This document shows positions 19,579-29,419 of a stretch of DNA of 64,000 nucleotides, in pieces. Below the pieces are notes generated by a model, which worked only from the letters and a program-made list of their open reading frames with translations, ran no database searches and was not told the origin of the DNA. How positions within the stretch are numbered: position 1 is the stretch's first letter; each line of letters starts with the position of its first letter. This DNA is from an uncultured delta proteobacterium (GTDB taxonomy: Bacteria > Desulfobacterota > Binatia > Binatales > Binataceae), in assembly GCA_963724765.1 (NCBI GenBank), contig CAVRVY010000002.1, forward strand, positions 320,001-384,000, read 5' to 3'. A program made the position numbers and the translations under genes.

Positions 19579-20067
19579 ATGATCGAGTTTAAAGGGCTCG
19601 AATTGAAAATGGCGAGCGCAGGCCGCAATCTGCGCAATCTGACAGTGGCCGTGACGGCCGTAATGGGACTGCTCATGCTGACTGCGACGGCGTGGCCACA
19701 GGCTACCCCTCAGCCCACCCCCGCGACCAAAAACGCCAGGCACGCAAAGGACGCCAAACAGGCCGGGCAGGTCAAAAAGCCCCGCGTCATCTCCGTGACG
19801 ATCAACAAGGGCGAGACCTACACCATAAGTGGGCTCGAAAAGGGCGCCAAGACCGACTCGAAGGCGGTCGCGAATCCCAACTCGCTCAGCGTGCAGCCTC
19901 AACCCTCGGGCGACCTTGTACTGCTCGGCACCGAAGCCGGCAGTTGGAAGATTGATGCGACGCTCGCCGGTGGCGAGAAGGTTGTCTACGATGTGACCGT
20001 CAAGGCGGAGGCGCCGCCGATCAATTCACTGATTCCCGGCACTGCTCCAAGTGCGATTCCTCCCTGA
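19579..20067 (+). CDS. Exported protein resembling pilus-formation/secretin N-terminal domain
   Basis: Signal peptide ending AWP; ANP..LSV...LVLLG.EAG pattern; start uncertain (19579 or 19609). Confidence 0.6.
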   Translation: MIEFKGLELKMASAGRNLRNLTVAVTAVMGLLMLTATAWPQATPQPTPATKNARHAKDAKQAGQVKKPRVISVTINKGETYTISGLEKGAKTDSKAVANPNSLSVQPQPSGDLVLLGTEAGSWKIDATLAGGEKVVYDVTVKAEAPPINSLIPGTAPSAIPP

Positions 20068-20182
20068 CTCGGCTCTTCGAGTTTCGATACGCCAGCGCCG
20101 GCGGAACGTTTAGCTGCGACGCATCGGTCACGATCGGCGTTCGCACGCCAGCGCAGCGGCACCTTGCGCCCGAGTGCCCGGT

Positions 20183-20737
20183 TCAGCGGCGCGGCAGCAC
20201 GAGGATCTGGCCGTTCATCTCTGGCTGATGCACGGCGCATCGGAAGCCGTAAAGACCCTCGCGATGGAATGTATAGACGTATGAGGTCTTCGAGAGCGGC
20301 GTCAGCCGCAGATGCATCAGCGCATGGCCGGGACGATCCTCGAGCATGAAATCGTGATCGTCATCGGGCTGCAGGTTCCACAGCGTGATCCGCGTCGGCT
20401 CGTCGCGATGGACCGCGATGAAGCTGGGTGAGAAAGCGTAGACCTCGCCGAAGTGCTCGACGGTCGGCTTGGGCCCCGTTTCCTTCACCGCGACGGCCTC
20501 GGTGAGGACGACCACGCTGTCGGCGGCCGTGCCGGCGCGTGCCACCGTCACGATCTTGGATGCGGCCACGTCGGGCATGAAGTAGCGCGCCGCGCCCGCC
20601 GCGCCAGACATCGTATCGCCCGCGCACGCGGCCGATACGGTGGCGAGTAACACTGCCGCGGTGCAGACGGCGCCGATGTACGATCGCGGCGGGTGGTCCG
20701 AGCGCGGATTAAAGGATGAAGCGCGATGCTGGGGCAT
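20183..20737 (-). CDS. Cupredoxin-domain exported protein
   Basis: H...C-x2-H-x3-M type-1 copper ligands (DHDF...FRCAVHQPEMNG). Confidence 0.8.
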   Translation of the reverse strand: MPQHRASSFNPRSDHPPRSYIGAVCTAAVLLATVSAACAGDTMSGAAGAARYFMPDVAASKIVTVARAGTAADSVVVLTEAVAVKETGPKPTVEHFGEVYAFSPSFIAVHRDEPTRITLWNLQPDDDHDFMLEDRPGHALMHLRLTPLSKTSYVYTFHREGLYGFRCAVHQPEMNGQILVLPRR

Positions 20738-20812
20738 GCGTGTTCCTCGCGTTGGCGATCGCCGCAACGCGACCATCGTGTTGCGGCCGTGATCCGGTTA
20801 GGATTTTAAGCA

Positions 20813-21781
20813 ATGTCGAATGATTTTCGCACCCCGGGCGCGGGACGTATCGTGCTGGTCACGGGCGGCGCCGGATTTATCGGGTCGCATCTGGCCGACG
20901 CGCTGCTCGAGCGCGGACTCACGGTCCGCGTGATCGACAACTTTATGACCGGCAGCAGCCAAAACCTCAACCCGCGCGCCGAGCTTACCGAGGCCGATAT
21001 CCGCCAGCGCACGGCGATCGAGCCGGCCTTTGCCGGCGTCGATTGCGTCTTTCATACCGCGGCGCTGCCGCGGGTGGGGTTGTCGATCGAACGGCCGGTC
21101 GAGACCCATCTGGTCAACGTGGTTGGTACGCTCAACGTGCTGATGGCGGCGCGCGCGGCGGGCGTGCGGCGCGTGGTCTATTCTGGTTCGTCGTCAGTTT
21201 ATGGCGAGCAGTCGGATGAACTGTCGGGCGGGCAGCCGCGATTGCCGCTCATCGAAACGATGCCGCCCAATCCGCTCAGCCCCTATGCGTTGCAGAAGCT
21301 GATGGGCGAGGAATACGTGCGGATGTTCCATCGGCTGTATGGGCTGGGCGCGCTCTCACTGCGTTACTTCAGCGTGTACGGCGCGCGGATGGATCTGGAG
21401 GGGGCGTACGCGACGGTTATCGGAGCGTTTCTGCGTGCGCGGCGTGAAGGACGGCCGCTCGAGATTCGCGGCGACGGCGAGCAGCGGCGCGATTTCACCC
21501 ACGTGCGCGACGTCGTGCGCGCGAACCTGGCCGCGATGGATTGTGCGCTTGGGGACGGCAGCGCGATCAATGTTGGGCGCGGCGATGCGCTCAGCGTCAA
21601 CCGAATCGCGGAGCTGATCGGCGGACCGCGCGTCAACGTCGCGCCGAGGCTGGGTGAGCCGCGTGACACGCTGGCCGACCTTGCGCGCAGCCGTGCGATC
21701 CTCGGATGGAGTCCCGAGATCGAGACCGAGGAAGGCGTTCGTGAGCTGATGCGGCTTCACGGGCTGTCGCCCGTCGGGTGA
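20813..21781 (+). CDS. NAD-dependent epimerase/dehydratase (extended SDR)
   Basis: TGGAGFIG, SSSVYG, YALQK, RDFTHV. Confidence 0.93.
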   Translation: MSNDFRTPGAGRIVLVTGGAGFIGSHLADALLERGLTVRVIDNFMTGSSQNLNPRAELTEADIRQRTAIEPAFAGVDCVFHTAALPRVGLSIERPVETHLVNVVGTLNVLMAARAAGVRRVVYSGSSSVYGEQSDELSGGQPRLPLIETMPPNPLSPYALQKLMGEEYVRMFHRLYGLGALSLRYFSVYGARMDLEGAYATVIGAFLRARREGRPLEIRGDGEQRRDFTHVRDVVRANLAAMDCALGDGSAINVGRGDALSVNRIAELIGGPRVNVAPRLGEPRDTLADLARSRAILGWSPEIETEEGVRELMRLHGLSPVG

Positions 21782-21785
21782 ATCC

Positions 21786-23012
21786 TCAGTAGGGCTTGCT
21801 GACCAACACGCGCTGGTCTTTGAGCGCGGCAATTCGCTCGTCCGGATACCCTAAATATTTGCGCAGGATCAAATCGTTGTGCTCGCCGAGCAGCGGCGCC
21901 TGCTGGTTAACCGGGCTCGGAAATTCCGAGAACCGGATCGGAAAGCCAGGCACCTTGATGTCGCCCAGCACGCGGTCGTGCACTTCGGCCACGGTGCCGC
22001 GCGCGCGCAGGTGCGGATGGTTTATCGCGTCTTCCAGAGTGTGTATCGGCGCGACCGGGACGCGCACCGCGCGCATCGCCTCCAGCGATTTCGCGTCGTC
22101 GGGCATCGAGGCCAGCCAGCCCTCGATAACTTCCGTCACCGCCTCGCGATTTTCGACTCGCGCCGGGAGGCCGGCGAAGCGCGGATCGCGCGCGAGTTCC
22201 GGACGGCCCATCGCCTCGCACAACTGCGCCCAATGACGATCCATCCAGGCCATGATGATGAAGTAAATCTTGCGGCCCTTGAAAACCCCGGCCGGGCTGA
22301 GCCCCGGATAGTGGCGGCCCGATCGCTCGACGCGCGCGGCACCGCCGCTCGCCGTGAACAGCTCCACGCCCATGTCCTGGTAGCCGAAGTAGGAGTCGAG
22401 CAGCGAGACGTCGATGTACTGGCCGACGCCCGAGCGCTCGCGATGGAGCAGCGCGCACGCGATCGCGCCCATCCCATGCACGCCCGTGCTGACGTCGCCA
22501 ATCGCCATCAGTGGAATAACTGGGGGGCCGTCCTTTTCGCCGATAAGTCCGGTAACGCCGGCGTAAGCCTGGCCGATCAAGTCGAAGCCCGGATCTTCCG
22601 CGAGCGGCCCAGTCTGGCCGAAAGTCGACACCGAGCACATCACGATGCGCGGATTGAGTTTGCTCACTGCGGGATAGTCGAAGCCCAGCCGCGCGATTGC
22701 GCCGGGAGCGAAGTTCTCGACCAGCACGTCGACCTGCTTAACCAGTTCGCGCAGGATCGCGACGCCCTCGGGATGGCGCGCGTCGAGGCCGAGGCTCAGC
22801 TTGCCCAGGTTGTGCTGGACGTAGTAACCGCTGCGGTTGTCGCGCACGTAGGGGATCAGGCGCGAACGGTCGCCGTCGGGCGCGAGCTCGACCTTGATTA
22901 CCTCGGCGCCCATCGTGGCCATCAGCCTCGTTACGGTCGGTCCGGCGACGAACTGGGTGAAATCGAGGACTTTGTAGCCGTCGAGCACGTGTCGGAACTG
23001 ACCTGAAGCCAT
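21786..23012 (-). CDS. Family III CoA-transferase (CaiB/BaiF)
   Basis: KVLDFTQFVAGP, GAEVIKVE, DVLVENF, APLLGEHN. Confidence 0.93.
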   Translation of the reverse strand: MASGQFRHVLDGYKVLDFTQFVAGPTVTRLMATMGAEVIKVELAPDGDRSRLIPYVRDNRSGYYVQHNLGKLSLGLDARHPEGVAILRELVKQVDVLVENFAPGAIARLGFDYPAVSKLNPRIVMCSVSTFGQTGPLAEDPGFDLIGQAYAGVTGLIGEKDGPPVIPLMAIGDVSTGVHGMGAIACALLHRERSGVGQYIDVSLLDSYFGYQDMGVELFTASGGAARVERSGRHYPGLSPAGVFKGRKIYFIIMAWMDRHWAQLCEAMGRPELARDPRFAGLPARVENREAVTEVIEGWLASMPDDAKSLEAMRAVRVPVAPIHTLEDAINHPHLRARGTVAEVHDRVLGDIKVPGFPIRFSEFPSPVNQQAPLLGEHNDLILRKYLGYPDERIAALKDQRVLVSKPY

Positions 23013-23088
23013 CGATCACTCTCCCGGCGAAGGCGCGCTGGTGCGACAAAAGTGCTGTAGCAAGCGACGCGCGCGCTTCGCAACCCCC

Positions 23089-23274
23089 CCGCATCAGCGC
23101 AGCGACGGCCCGCGCGCGTTAGCGCGCGGGCCGTCGCTGCGCTGATGCGGAGCGCCAGCACGAAGCGGCCGTTGCGCCGTCGGCGCAACGGCCGCTCCGT
23201 GCTGGCGGGGCCGTGCCGAGGTGCCGCGCAAAGTGCGGCAGGGCGCGGCCGCGTCGCGGCCGCGCCCTGCCGCA
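23089..23274. repeat. Three consecutive long inverted repeats (29, 27 and 20 bp arms)
   Basis: 23089-23117/23122-23150 perfect; 23153-23179/23181-23207 one mismatch; 23234-23253/23255-23274 perfect. Confidence 0.9.
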
Positions 23275-23293
23275 GCGCTCCCGCGTGCGCGCG

Positions 23294-25390
23294 CTAGGCC
23301 ACCTGCGGGCGGATTATCCCAGTCTCGCTGCGCGAGGCCGAAGCAGCCGGCAGTACGCGCACCGGCAGGATCACCAGGCTGAGCCCATGCACCTGTAGCC
23401 AGTTCTGCAATTCGAGCGCGGTGTGGTTGTGCAGGAAGCGGCTGATAAAGCCTTCCAGTTCGGCCTCGAAGATGAGCTTGCCGGCGAAGAACACGGCTTG
23501 CGGGAATTCGTGCGCGACGTCCAGGCACAGCTTGCGCAGCTCCACGACGACGTCGGGGCCGATGCTCACTCGCAGTTCGGAGTGCAGGCCCAGGTCGGTG
23601 CCGAAACGGCAGTATTCGCTGAGATCGTCGGCCACCTGCTGTTCGAGCTGCTTGACCTCTTCGGGCCCCTTCATCCGCGACGATTCGACTTCGCCCACGC
23701 CGACGAAGATCACGTTGCGGTACTGGTCGCGAAACAGCCGGCGCAGCGTCAGCAGCGTGGCCAGGCCCAGGCCGTTAAAACCGTTGACCAGCAGCACCGC
23801 GGTCGGTGCAGTCCGATCGTACTGTTCGGGCGGGCTTTCCTTGGCGGCGAAAAGCTCGGGCAGGATGTCGGCTTCGAGCTGTTCGATCGCATGACTGATG
23901 TACTTATAGTGATGGCGCACCAGGTAGCACAGTGCGACCATCGCGCCGGTTATCACGATCGTGACCCAGCCGCCCTCGTCGAACTTCAGCGTCACCGTGA
24001 GCATCAGGATGAGCGCCGTGAACGAGCATCCCACGCCGTTGATCGCAAGCTTGCGCCGCCAGTTTGGCTCCCTCGCGCGCTCCTGCCACCAGTGCACGCT
24101 CATCCCAAGCTGCGAGAGCGTGAAGGTGACGAACACGTTGATCGCGTAAAGCACAACCAGCAAATCGACCCGCGCATGCGTGAACACCAGGATTGCGATC
24201 GCCGCCAGGCCCATCGCGAATACCCCGTCCTGCGTCACCAGGCGCGAGCTGAGCTGCGCGAAGCGGCGCGGCAACCAGCGGTCCACCGCCATCGTAGCCA
24301 GCACCCGCGGCCCGTCGATGAAGCCGGTCTGCGCGGCTACGAACAACAGCGCGCCCTCGGTGATGAGGGTGAAGGTGATGATGGGCACTCCGACCCGCAG
24401 GCCGAACAGCTTCCAGTTGCTGGCCACGCGCTCAAACAGCACGGCGTTGAGGGTCTGGCCGTGGACCGGGCCGACGTTGAACAGCAAATAACAGACCAGG
24501 ATCCCGCCGGCCAGTCCCGCCAGCGACACGGCCATATAGAGCATCGTGCGCTTGCCTGTCGCCGTGCGCGGCTCGCGCAGGATCGGCAGTCCGTTACTGA
24601 CCGCCTCGATTCCGGTGTAAGTGCCGGCGCCCATGCTGTACGCACGGAAGAAGATGATCGCCAGCGCCAGCACGCCCACGGTGCTGACGCCGGTATGGAC
24701 CTGGCTGATGGCGTCGCGGGTGATCATGGGCAGTTCCGGGCTTCTGATGAGGAGCGCATAGCCGACCAGCCAGATGTGCATCACCACGAAGGCGAGAAAG
24801 ATCGGCAACAGCGAAAGCACCGATTCCTTGACCCCCCGCAGATTCATCCCGACCATCAGCACGACCACCACCAGGCAGACCCAGAATTTCAGCCACAGCC
24901 AGTTGGTCGGCAGGAAGCTGAAGATGGCGTCGGCGCCGCTCGCGATAGAGATCGCGATCGTCAGAACGTAATCGATCACCAGCGCGCATCCCGACGTCAG
25001 GCCCGGATAGGGCCCCAGCAACTTGGTCGCGACCAGGTAGCCGCCGCCGCCCGACGGAAACAGGTCGATGGTTTGCGAATACGAGGCTGAGATGATGAAG
25101 ACGGTCAGCGCCGTCATCACCGCCAGAAACACCGCCAGGTACTGGTTGTGGCCGAGCGCGAGGAAGGCTTCCTCGGGACCATAACACGACGAACTCAGTC
25201 CGTCGGAGCCGAGACCGACCCAGGCCAAAAACGCGATCAACGAAAGGCTATGGAAGATCCCTGGATCGCGGACGTCGCGCGGCGGTCCGATGATGACGTC
25301 GGTGAGAGTACGTTTGCCGCCCCCATTTGGCCCGTCACTGATAGTGCGCTTGGCGCTACCCGGTCCGTCGCTGCCGGATTTATTTCCCAT
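23294..25390 (-). CDS. APC-family permease (KimA/YdaO-like, possible K+ or amino acid transporter)
   Basis: DGLSSSCYGPEE, SGGGGY, TGIEAVSNG, many TM segments plus cytoplasmic C-domain. Confidence 0.9.
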   Translation of the reverse strand: MGNKSGSDGPGSAKRTISDGPNGGGKRTLTDVIIGPPRDVRDPGIFHSLSLIAFLAWVGLGSDGLSSSCYGPEEAFLALGHNQYLAVFLAVMTALTVFIISASYSQTIDLFPSGGGGYLVATKLLGPYPGLTSGCALVIDYVLTIAISIASGADAIFSFLPTNWLWLKFWVCLVVVVLMVGMNLRGVKESVLSLLPIFLAFVVMHIWLVGYALLIRSPELPMITRDAISQVHTGVSTVGVLALAIIFFRAYSMGAGTYTGIEAVSNGLPILREPRTATGKRTMLYMAVSLAGLAGGILVCYLLFNVGPVHGQTLNAVLFERVASNWKLFGLRVGVPIITFTLITEGALLFVAAQTGFIDGPRVLATMAVDRWLPRRFAQLSSRLVTQDGVFAMGLAAIAILVFTHARVDLLVVLYAINVFVTFTLSQLGMSVHWWQERAREPNWRRKLAINGVGCSFTALILMLTVTLKFDEGGWVTIVITGAMVALCYLVRHHYKYISHAIEQLEADILPELFAAKESPPEQYDRTAPTAVLLVNGFNGLGLATLLTLRRLFRDQYRNVIFVGVGEVESSRMKGPEEVKQLEQQVADDLSEYCRFGTDLGLHSELRVSIGPDVVVELRKLCLDVAHEFPQAVFFAGKLIFEAELEGFISRFLHNHTALELQNWLQVHGLSLVILPVRVLPAASASRSETGIIRPQVA

Positions 25391-25400
25391 CGTTTATATC

Positions 25401-25412
25401 TGAGAGCTGCTC
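25401..25412 (+). repeat. Putative att core, left copy TGAGAGCTGCTC
   Basis: Identical 12-mer at 39354-39365; both copies sit at the composition shifts. Confidence 0.7.
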
Positions 25413-25535
25413 ACGTAAAGTAGGGTTTTCAGGCACTTCCAGACACCTCGAGAAACCGCCACGAAGCGAAAAATCCTTTGACGTATGCTAAATCGCACTT
25501 TCGGTCATCTTCATTGAACTTTGAGCCGAGGCCTA

Positions 25536-25579
25536 CGGATACCCCAGCGGAGCACCGAGAGCACCCTAACGGAGCACCC
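25536..25579 (+). repeat. Putative integrase arm-type repeats (GGATACCCC, GAGCACC x3)
   Basis: CGGATACCCCAG also at 39287-39298; CGGATACCCC inverted at 38454-38463. Confidence 0.55.
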
Positions 25580-25854
25580 GCAGCTCGTCGTGATCGCCGA
25601 TCCGTCTCTTTGGCACCGACGCACGTAACAGCCACTATGCAGGCGAAGCAACCCCGCGACGAAGCGCCAACGATCAACGTCCGTCGCACTCGTTCGCTGA
25701 GTTACTCCGGGGCTATCAGGCCAAGGCAGACCGATCCGGATCCCGCATGGACAGAATCGAAAAGCGATTCTCCCAAAAATTTTCCATCGACAAGTCCGGT
25801 CACGACCAGTCACGGCGAGAGACGCAGAGCGCAAAAAGCGCCATAATCGCAATT

Positions 25855-26388
25855 ATGGTCGATGACGTGAAGCCTGCGGGACAGGGCAGGGGAGCACACA
25901 GAATGAGCCTCAAGGACAAGTTGTTAAAACGAAAAGAACAAACGGAAGCCGCGTCACAACAGATAGAAACCAGGCTCCAGGCATGGGATCGGGCACTCGT
26001 AGCCTTGATTCACTTTATCGAGAACACGCTCTCAGAGTCTGTCGAGGCTAAGGTTCTTACCCATGCCAAGACGATGAGCGGACATCAAGATGATTTCCTC
26101 AAGAGGGAAGTCGAATGGCCAATGCTTACCGTGTCAGCGGATGATTTAAAAGTGACCATCCAGCTGGTCGGACTAATCGCCGGAGGCGGCGGCGTAGATG
26201 TCACTGGCGGAGCAGTCCACGGTCGAGGATACGCGCTCCTTTGGGACGGCGCGGGGCAGGCTCCAGAAAACTGGAAAATCGCGCCTGCAGCCGGGGCGCA
26301 AGGGAAGGTGGATCGGGCCAAAGCAAAGCCTTTGACATCGGGCCTCTTAGAAAGAGTGTTATCTGAGCATCTAGGGCTCGGTAAGTGA
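25855..26388 (+). CDS. Hypothetical protein (island cargo)
   Basis: Open frame with protein-like composition; start 25855 or 25903. Confidence 0.6.
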   Translation: MVDDVKPAGQGRGAHRMSLKDKLLKRKEQTEAASQQIETRLQAWDRALVALIHFIENTLSESVEAKVLTHAKTMSGHQDDFLKREVEWPMLTVSADDLKVTIQLVGLIAGGGGVDVTGGAVHGRGYALLWDGAGQAPENWKIAPAAGAQGKVDRAKAKPLTSGLLERVLSEHLGLGK

Positions 26389-26692
26389 TGGTCCTTGCCG
26401 TGGCGGCGGAGCCGCCGGGCAGCCTCGCCGCTTGCTCGCATCCGACCCGCGGTCGACCTCACTTGTATCGCGGGAAAACTCCTATACGTGGGACCGAGAA
26501 GCGCCAACGTCGCCTCCCGGATAGGGCCTGGTAGCGCGTTGATAGTCTTCACGCCGTATCTGACGACCTTCGCGGAGAATTTGTCGAGTGTTGTGGACAA
26601 CTGGCTTCGCGAAGTGGATTTAAGCGGGGCTGCGCATTGATCGCTCCGCGAGGTCGGTTATCCTCCATCCTTCTACTTTGCGAAAGAATTAA

Positions 26693-27815
26693 ATGAATGC
26701 CGAGCGCTTACATGCAGTGGCCAAGGCGCTGCTTAAGGAATTGACCGACGGTCGTATCGTCGAGCATCTACAAGAGCTTATAGGCGGTGTACAAAACGCA
26801 GTGAACCAACTAGCGCAAGCGCAGTTCGCAGAACCTTGTTGCAAGTAAGCGCACGGAATTGGCCCGGCTACTACCTAACGCGCGAAGCAATGAGTTTAGC
26901 CCAGCGTGGCGTCAAATCGTCACGGAGATTGGGGGTACCGGTTTACTCGGCACCGAACTTCGAAATCGAATCGAGAACGTCTTCCAGCGTAACCAGATTA
27001 AGCCTGCTGCAGCTCTTCAAGAGCTGCAGCCGATCCTACAGGCCCTAACGACTTTCAAGAATGGGCTGACTGAGGTTACCAACGGCCTCACACATCTTAA
27101 AATCGGAGCTGAGGAACTTGCACCGGGTGAATGCGAAGTCGGCGTGGCCATCCCACGAGAAGCCATCGACGATGAGTTCAAGACGTTCACCGATGAACTA
27201 GAAGAGTTTGAGTTTATCTTCGCCACTTTTTTGGAACTGTCTACGGGTCACCGCGATCCACTCCCAATACGAACTCTGTCTTCGACAGCGTTGATGGTTT
27301 ACGTCGGTATGGCACAGGCGGCAGCCGCCGCATTCGCCTATGCGGCCGAGCGGATCACCCTAGCCTACAAAAACTTGCTGGAGGCCAGGGAAATAAAAGC
27401 GAGGCTTCAGGCATTGGAAATGCCGGCGAACCATATTGAGCAATTCGAACGGCTTCTGAATGAAAGGATGGCGCACACTGTCGAGCAAGTTTCAATAGAA
27501 GTTGAGCAGAAATTTTTCCGAGTCGACGATGACCTACGACGGCAAGAACTCAAAAATGCTGTCAGAGTATCACTCAGAGGTTTGGCGAATCGGATTGACA
27601 AGGGATACAACATCGACGTTCGCATTGGTCCGCCTACCGACGAACAGAAAGCGGACGCCGAAACAGCGGCAGCAATCCGCACCATAGAGGCTGCTTCGGT
27701 TTCTCTTCAATTCATGCGTTTGGGCGGAGAACCTATCCTGATGCTCGACGAAGGCGAACGAGCTAAAGGCGAGGAAGCGACGGAGGCCAAGCGTCCGAAA
27801 AAGAAGACGAAATAG
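26693..27815 (+). pseudogene. Helical hypothetical protein with a frameshift near 26830-26850
   Basis: MNAERLHAVAKALLKEL... from ATG 26693 stops at about 26848; another frame continues ...RTELARLLPNARSNEFSPAWRQ to 27815. Confidence 0.65.
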
Positions 27816-27823
27816 AAGGCTCA

Positions 27824-28678
27824 TTACAGCCGGGTGTCGCGCTTCCGAGACTTCGACATCGAGAGTATGAGACCGAGCCCCTTGAAAGAGTCGCGCGCGC
27901 CTTGATGTAAGTCTTCCCGCAGATCTGGTATGCCGTCCCGCTCCTGGGTGATTGCCGGCCGGGGCATCTCTATCGGGCTGAGTTGGCCGGGTGCCCCCTC
28001 TTTGAGGATCTCCATCGGATACAGGGACAGCGCCTCGCGGCGGGGCATCATGCGGATTTTGCGAATCCGAGCATTGAGGATCTCAGGCGGAACTAACCAT
28101 TCGCGGAAAGTTGTTTCCTTCACCCATTCATACTGCGCGAGAAACCCGTCCGCGCCGTCAATGATAACTTCGAGCAGCGCGCTCCCGTGCTCGCCGTCGG
28201 CCGTTCGCTCTTCGACCGGGACATGCTCAGTGATTTTGAACAGCGGAATATCGGAGAGCCAGACGCCATCATGACTGCTGTCAAGTCTGAATCCGCTGAG
28301 TAGCAGGATCATTTCCGCGTTTGCGAGGGTCGTTCGGTGAAACAAAATATTCGGCTGAGGCCGTCCTGGCGGGATCGGTGGCTGCGCACCGCGTAGGCCT
28401 TTAACTCGCGCAGCCAATAGCTTAAGGGTCTGGGCCGGGATTTCCCACTGGCGATATGGGTCGCCTTCCGCGGTCTTCTCAAACTCATCGAGCACGCCCG
28501 TGGGCGCATCTATCGTGACCCCGATCACATACTCGCGGTCCTCGTAAATGAGAGGCTCCGTGTACTTCGGATCCGGCGGCTCATCTGACAGCCGGATTGT
28601 GGCAGCACCCTCCCCGAATCCGTGGCGCACGATGATCTCAAAGGCCTGTTGTGGGCTCGTCCGATGCCAGAGTTGCAT
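27824..28678 (-). CDS. Protein with two tandem ADP-ribosyltransferase-like domains
   Basis: Internal duplication: LWHRTS..GF..IRLSD..RQW.IP and LFHRTT..GF..VWLSD..REWLVP; fold call is motif-based. Confidence 0.65.
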   Translation of the reverse strand: MQLWHRTSPQQAFEIIVRHGFGEGAATIRLSDEPPDPKYTEPLIYEDREYVIGVTIDAPTGVLDEFEKTAEGDPYRQWEIPAQTLKLLAARVKGLRGAQPPIPPGRPQPNILFHRTTLANAEMILLLSGFRLDSSHDGVWLSDIPLFKITEHVPVEERTADGEHGSALLEVIIDGADGFLAQYEWVKETTFREWLVPPEILNARIRKIRMMPRREALSLYPMEILKEGAPGQLSPIEMPRPAITQERDGIPDLREDLHQGARDSFKGLGLILSMSKSRKRDTRL

Positions 28679-28746
28679 AAGTCAAAAACTCCCAAAGGTA
28701 AAGTTGGACGGAGCCGACTATCTGGCCGGTCGGCTCCGTCGCGATA

Positions 28747-29238
28747 CTAAGCAGCGGCGCGCAAGGTGGCCGGGCGCGTCTGAAGGCCACGCGCCTGGGC
28801 GAAGGCGGCAACCTTGCTGAAAAACGACTCCGCCCGCGCAGCCAGTCGCCTGCGTGGGGCTCGGCGGTATTGAAGCATAACGAGGCCAATCGCCTGGGGA
28901 TCTCCCGCAACCAACCGGGCAACGAGACCGCGCGCCTCATCGGCCGTCATTCCGGCCCCGAGAGGCAACTGCTTGCGCCGGCCCTTCCAATCCGTCGCCC
29001 AACACTCCGGCCAGATGCCGATCGTGAGGCAGCGCCTGCGGCCGGCCCCATCGACAAAAGAAAAGCGCCACTCGGCCCGCTCGGGGTCCGCGTTCTTTCC
29101 TCGTCTTGGGCGCAGACTGAGACCGTCTCTGCACTCGGTCGCCATGGCCTTGGCTCGCTTATGAGCCCATCGCGCATCCGCTTTGTCCGCTTCTGCTTCC
29201 AGTTGTTGTTGCTCTTCATAACTAGTCTCTATCCCCAC
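28747..29238 (-). CDS. Stand-alone integrase arm-DNA-binding-like domain protein
   Basis: GLSLR...WRFSF..G.RR.LTIG.WP...MTADEAR mirrors the N-terminus of the island integrase; no catalytic domain. Confidence 0.55.
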   Translation of the reverse strand: MGIETSYEEQQQLEAEADKADARWAHKRAKAMATECRDGLSLRPRRGKNADPERAEWRFSFVDGAGRRRCLTIGIWPECWATDWKGRRKQLPLGAGMTADEARGLVARLVAGDPQAIGLVMLQYRRAPRRRLAARAESFFSKVAAFAQARGLQTRPATLRAAA

Positions 29239-29419
29239 TAGTTCGTGTTTGCGGCAGCTCTATTGCTGCTTAGCGCGAATCTACGCAACTCTGCGCAACG
29301 TGTCAAGCAGTGATGTAGCAACTGACCTAGCCACTGTACAATCACTTCTCAACAAATTGATAGTGCACTTGTACATTTGTTGAACCCGTACTGAGTAACT
29401 TAGTTGCTACCTGCCCTAC

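Noticed and set aside
23423-25090. Long antisense or alternate-frame ORFs (also 1486-2676, 13856-15106, 43075-44604, 60200-61534)
   Set aside because: Shadow frames of well-supported genes in high-GC DNA, with no recognisable motifs
25391-25600. c-di-AMP (ydaO) riboswitch before the KimA-like permease
   Set aside because: Consensus segments not seen; the leader is occupied by the island end
26085-26640. Minus-strand gene between the two cargo genes
   Set aside because: Overlaps the plus-strand ORF heavily, with no convincing start or motif
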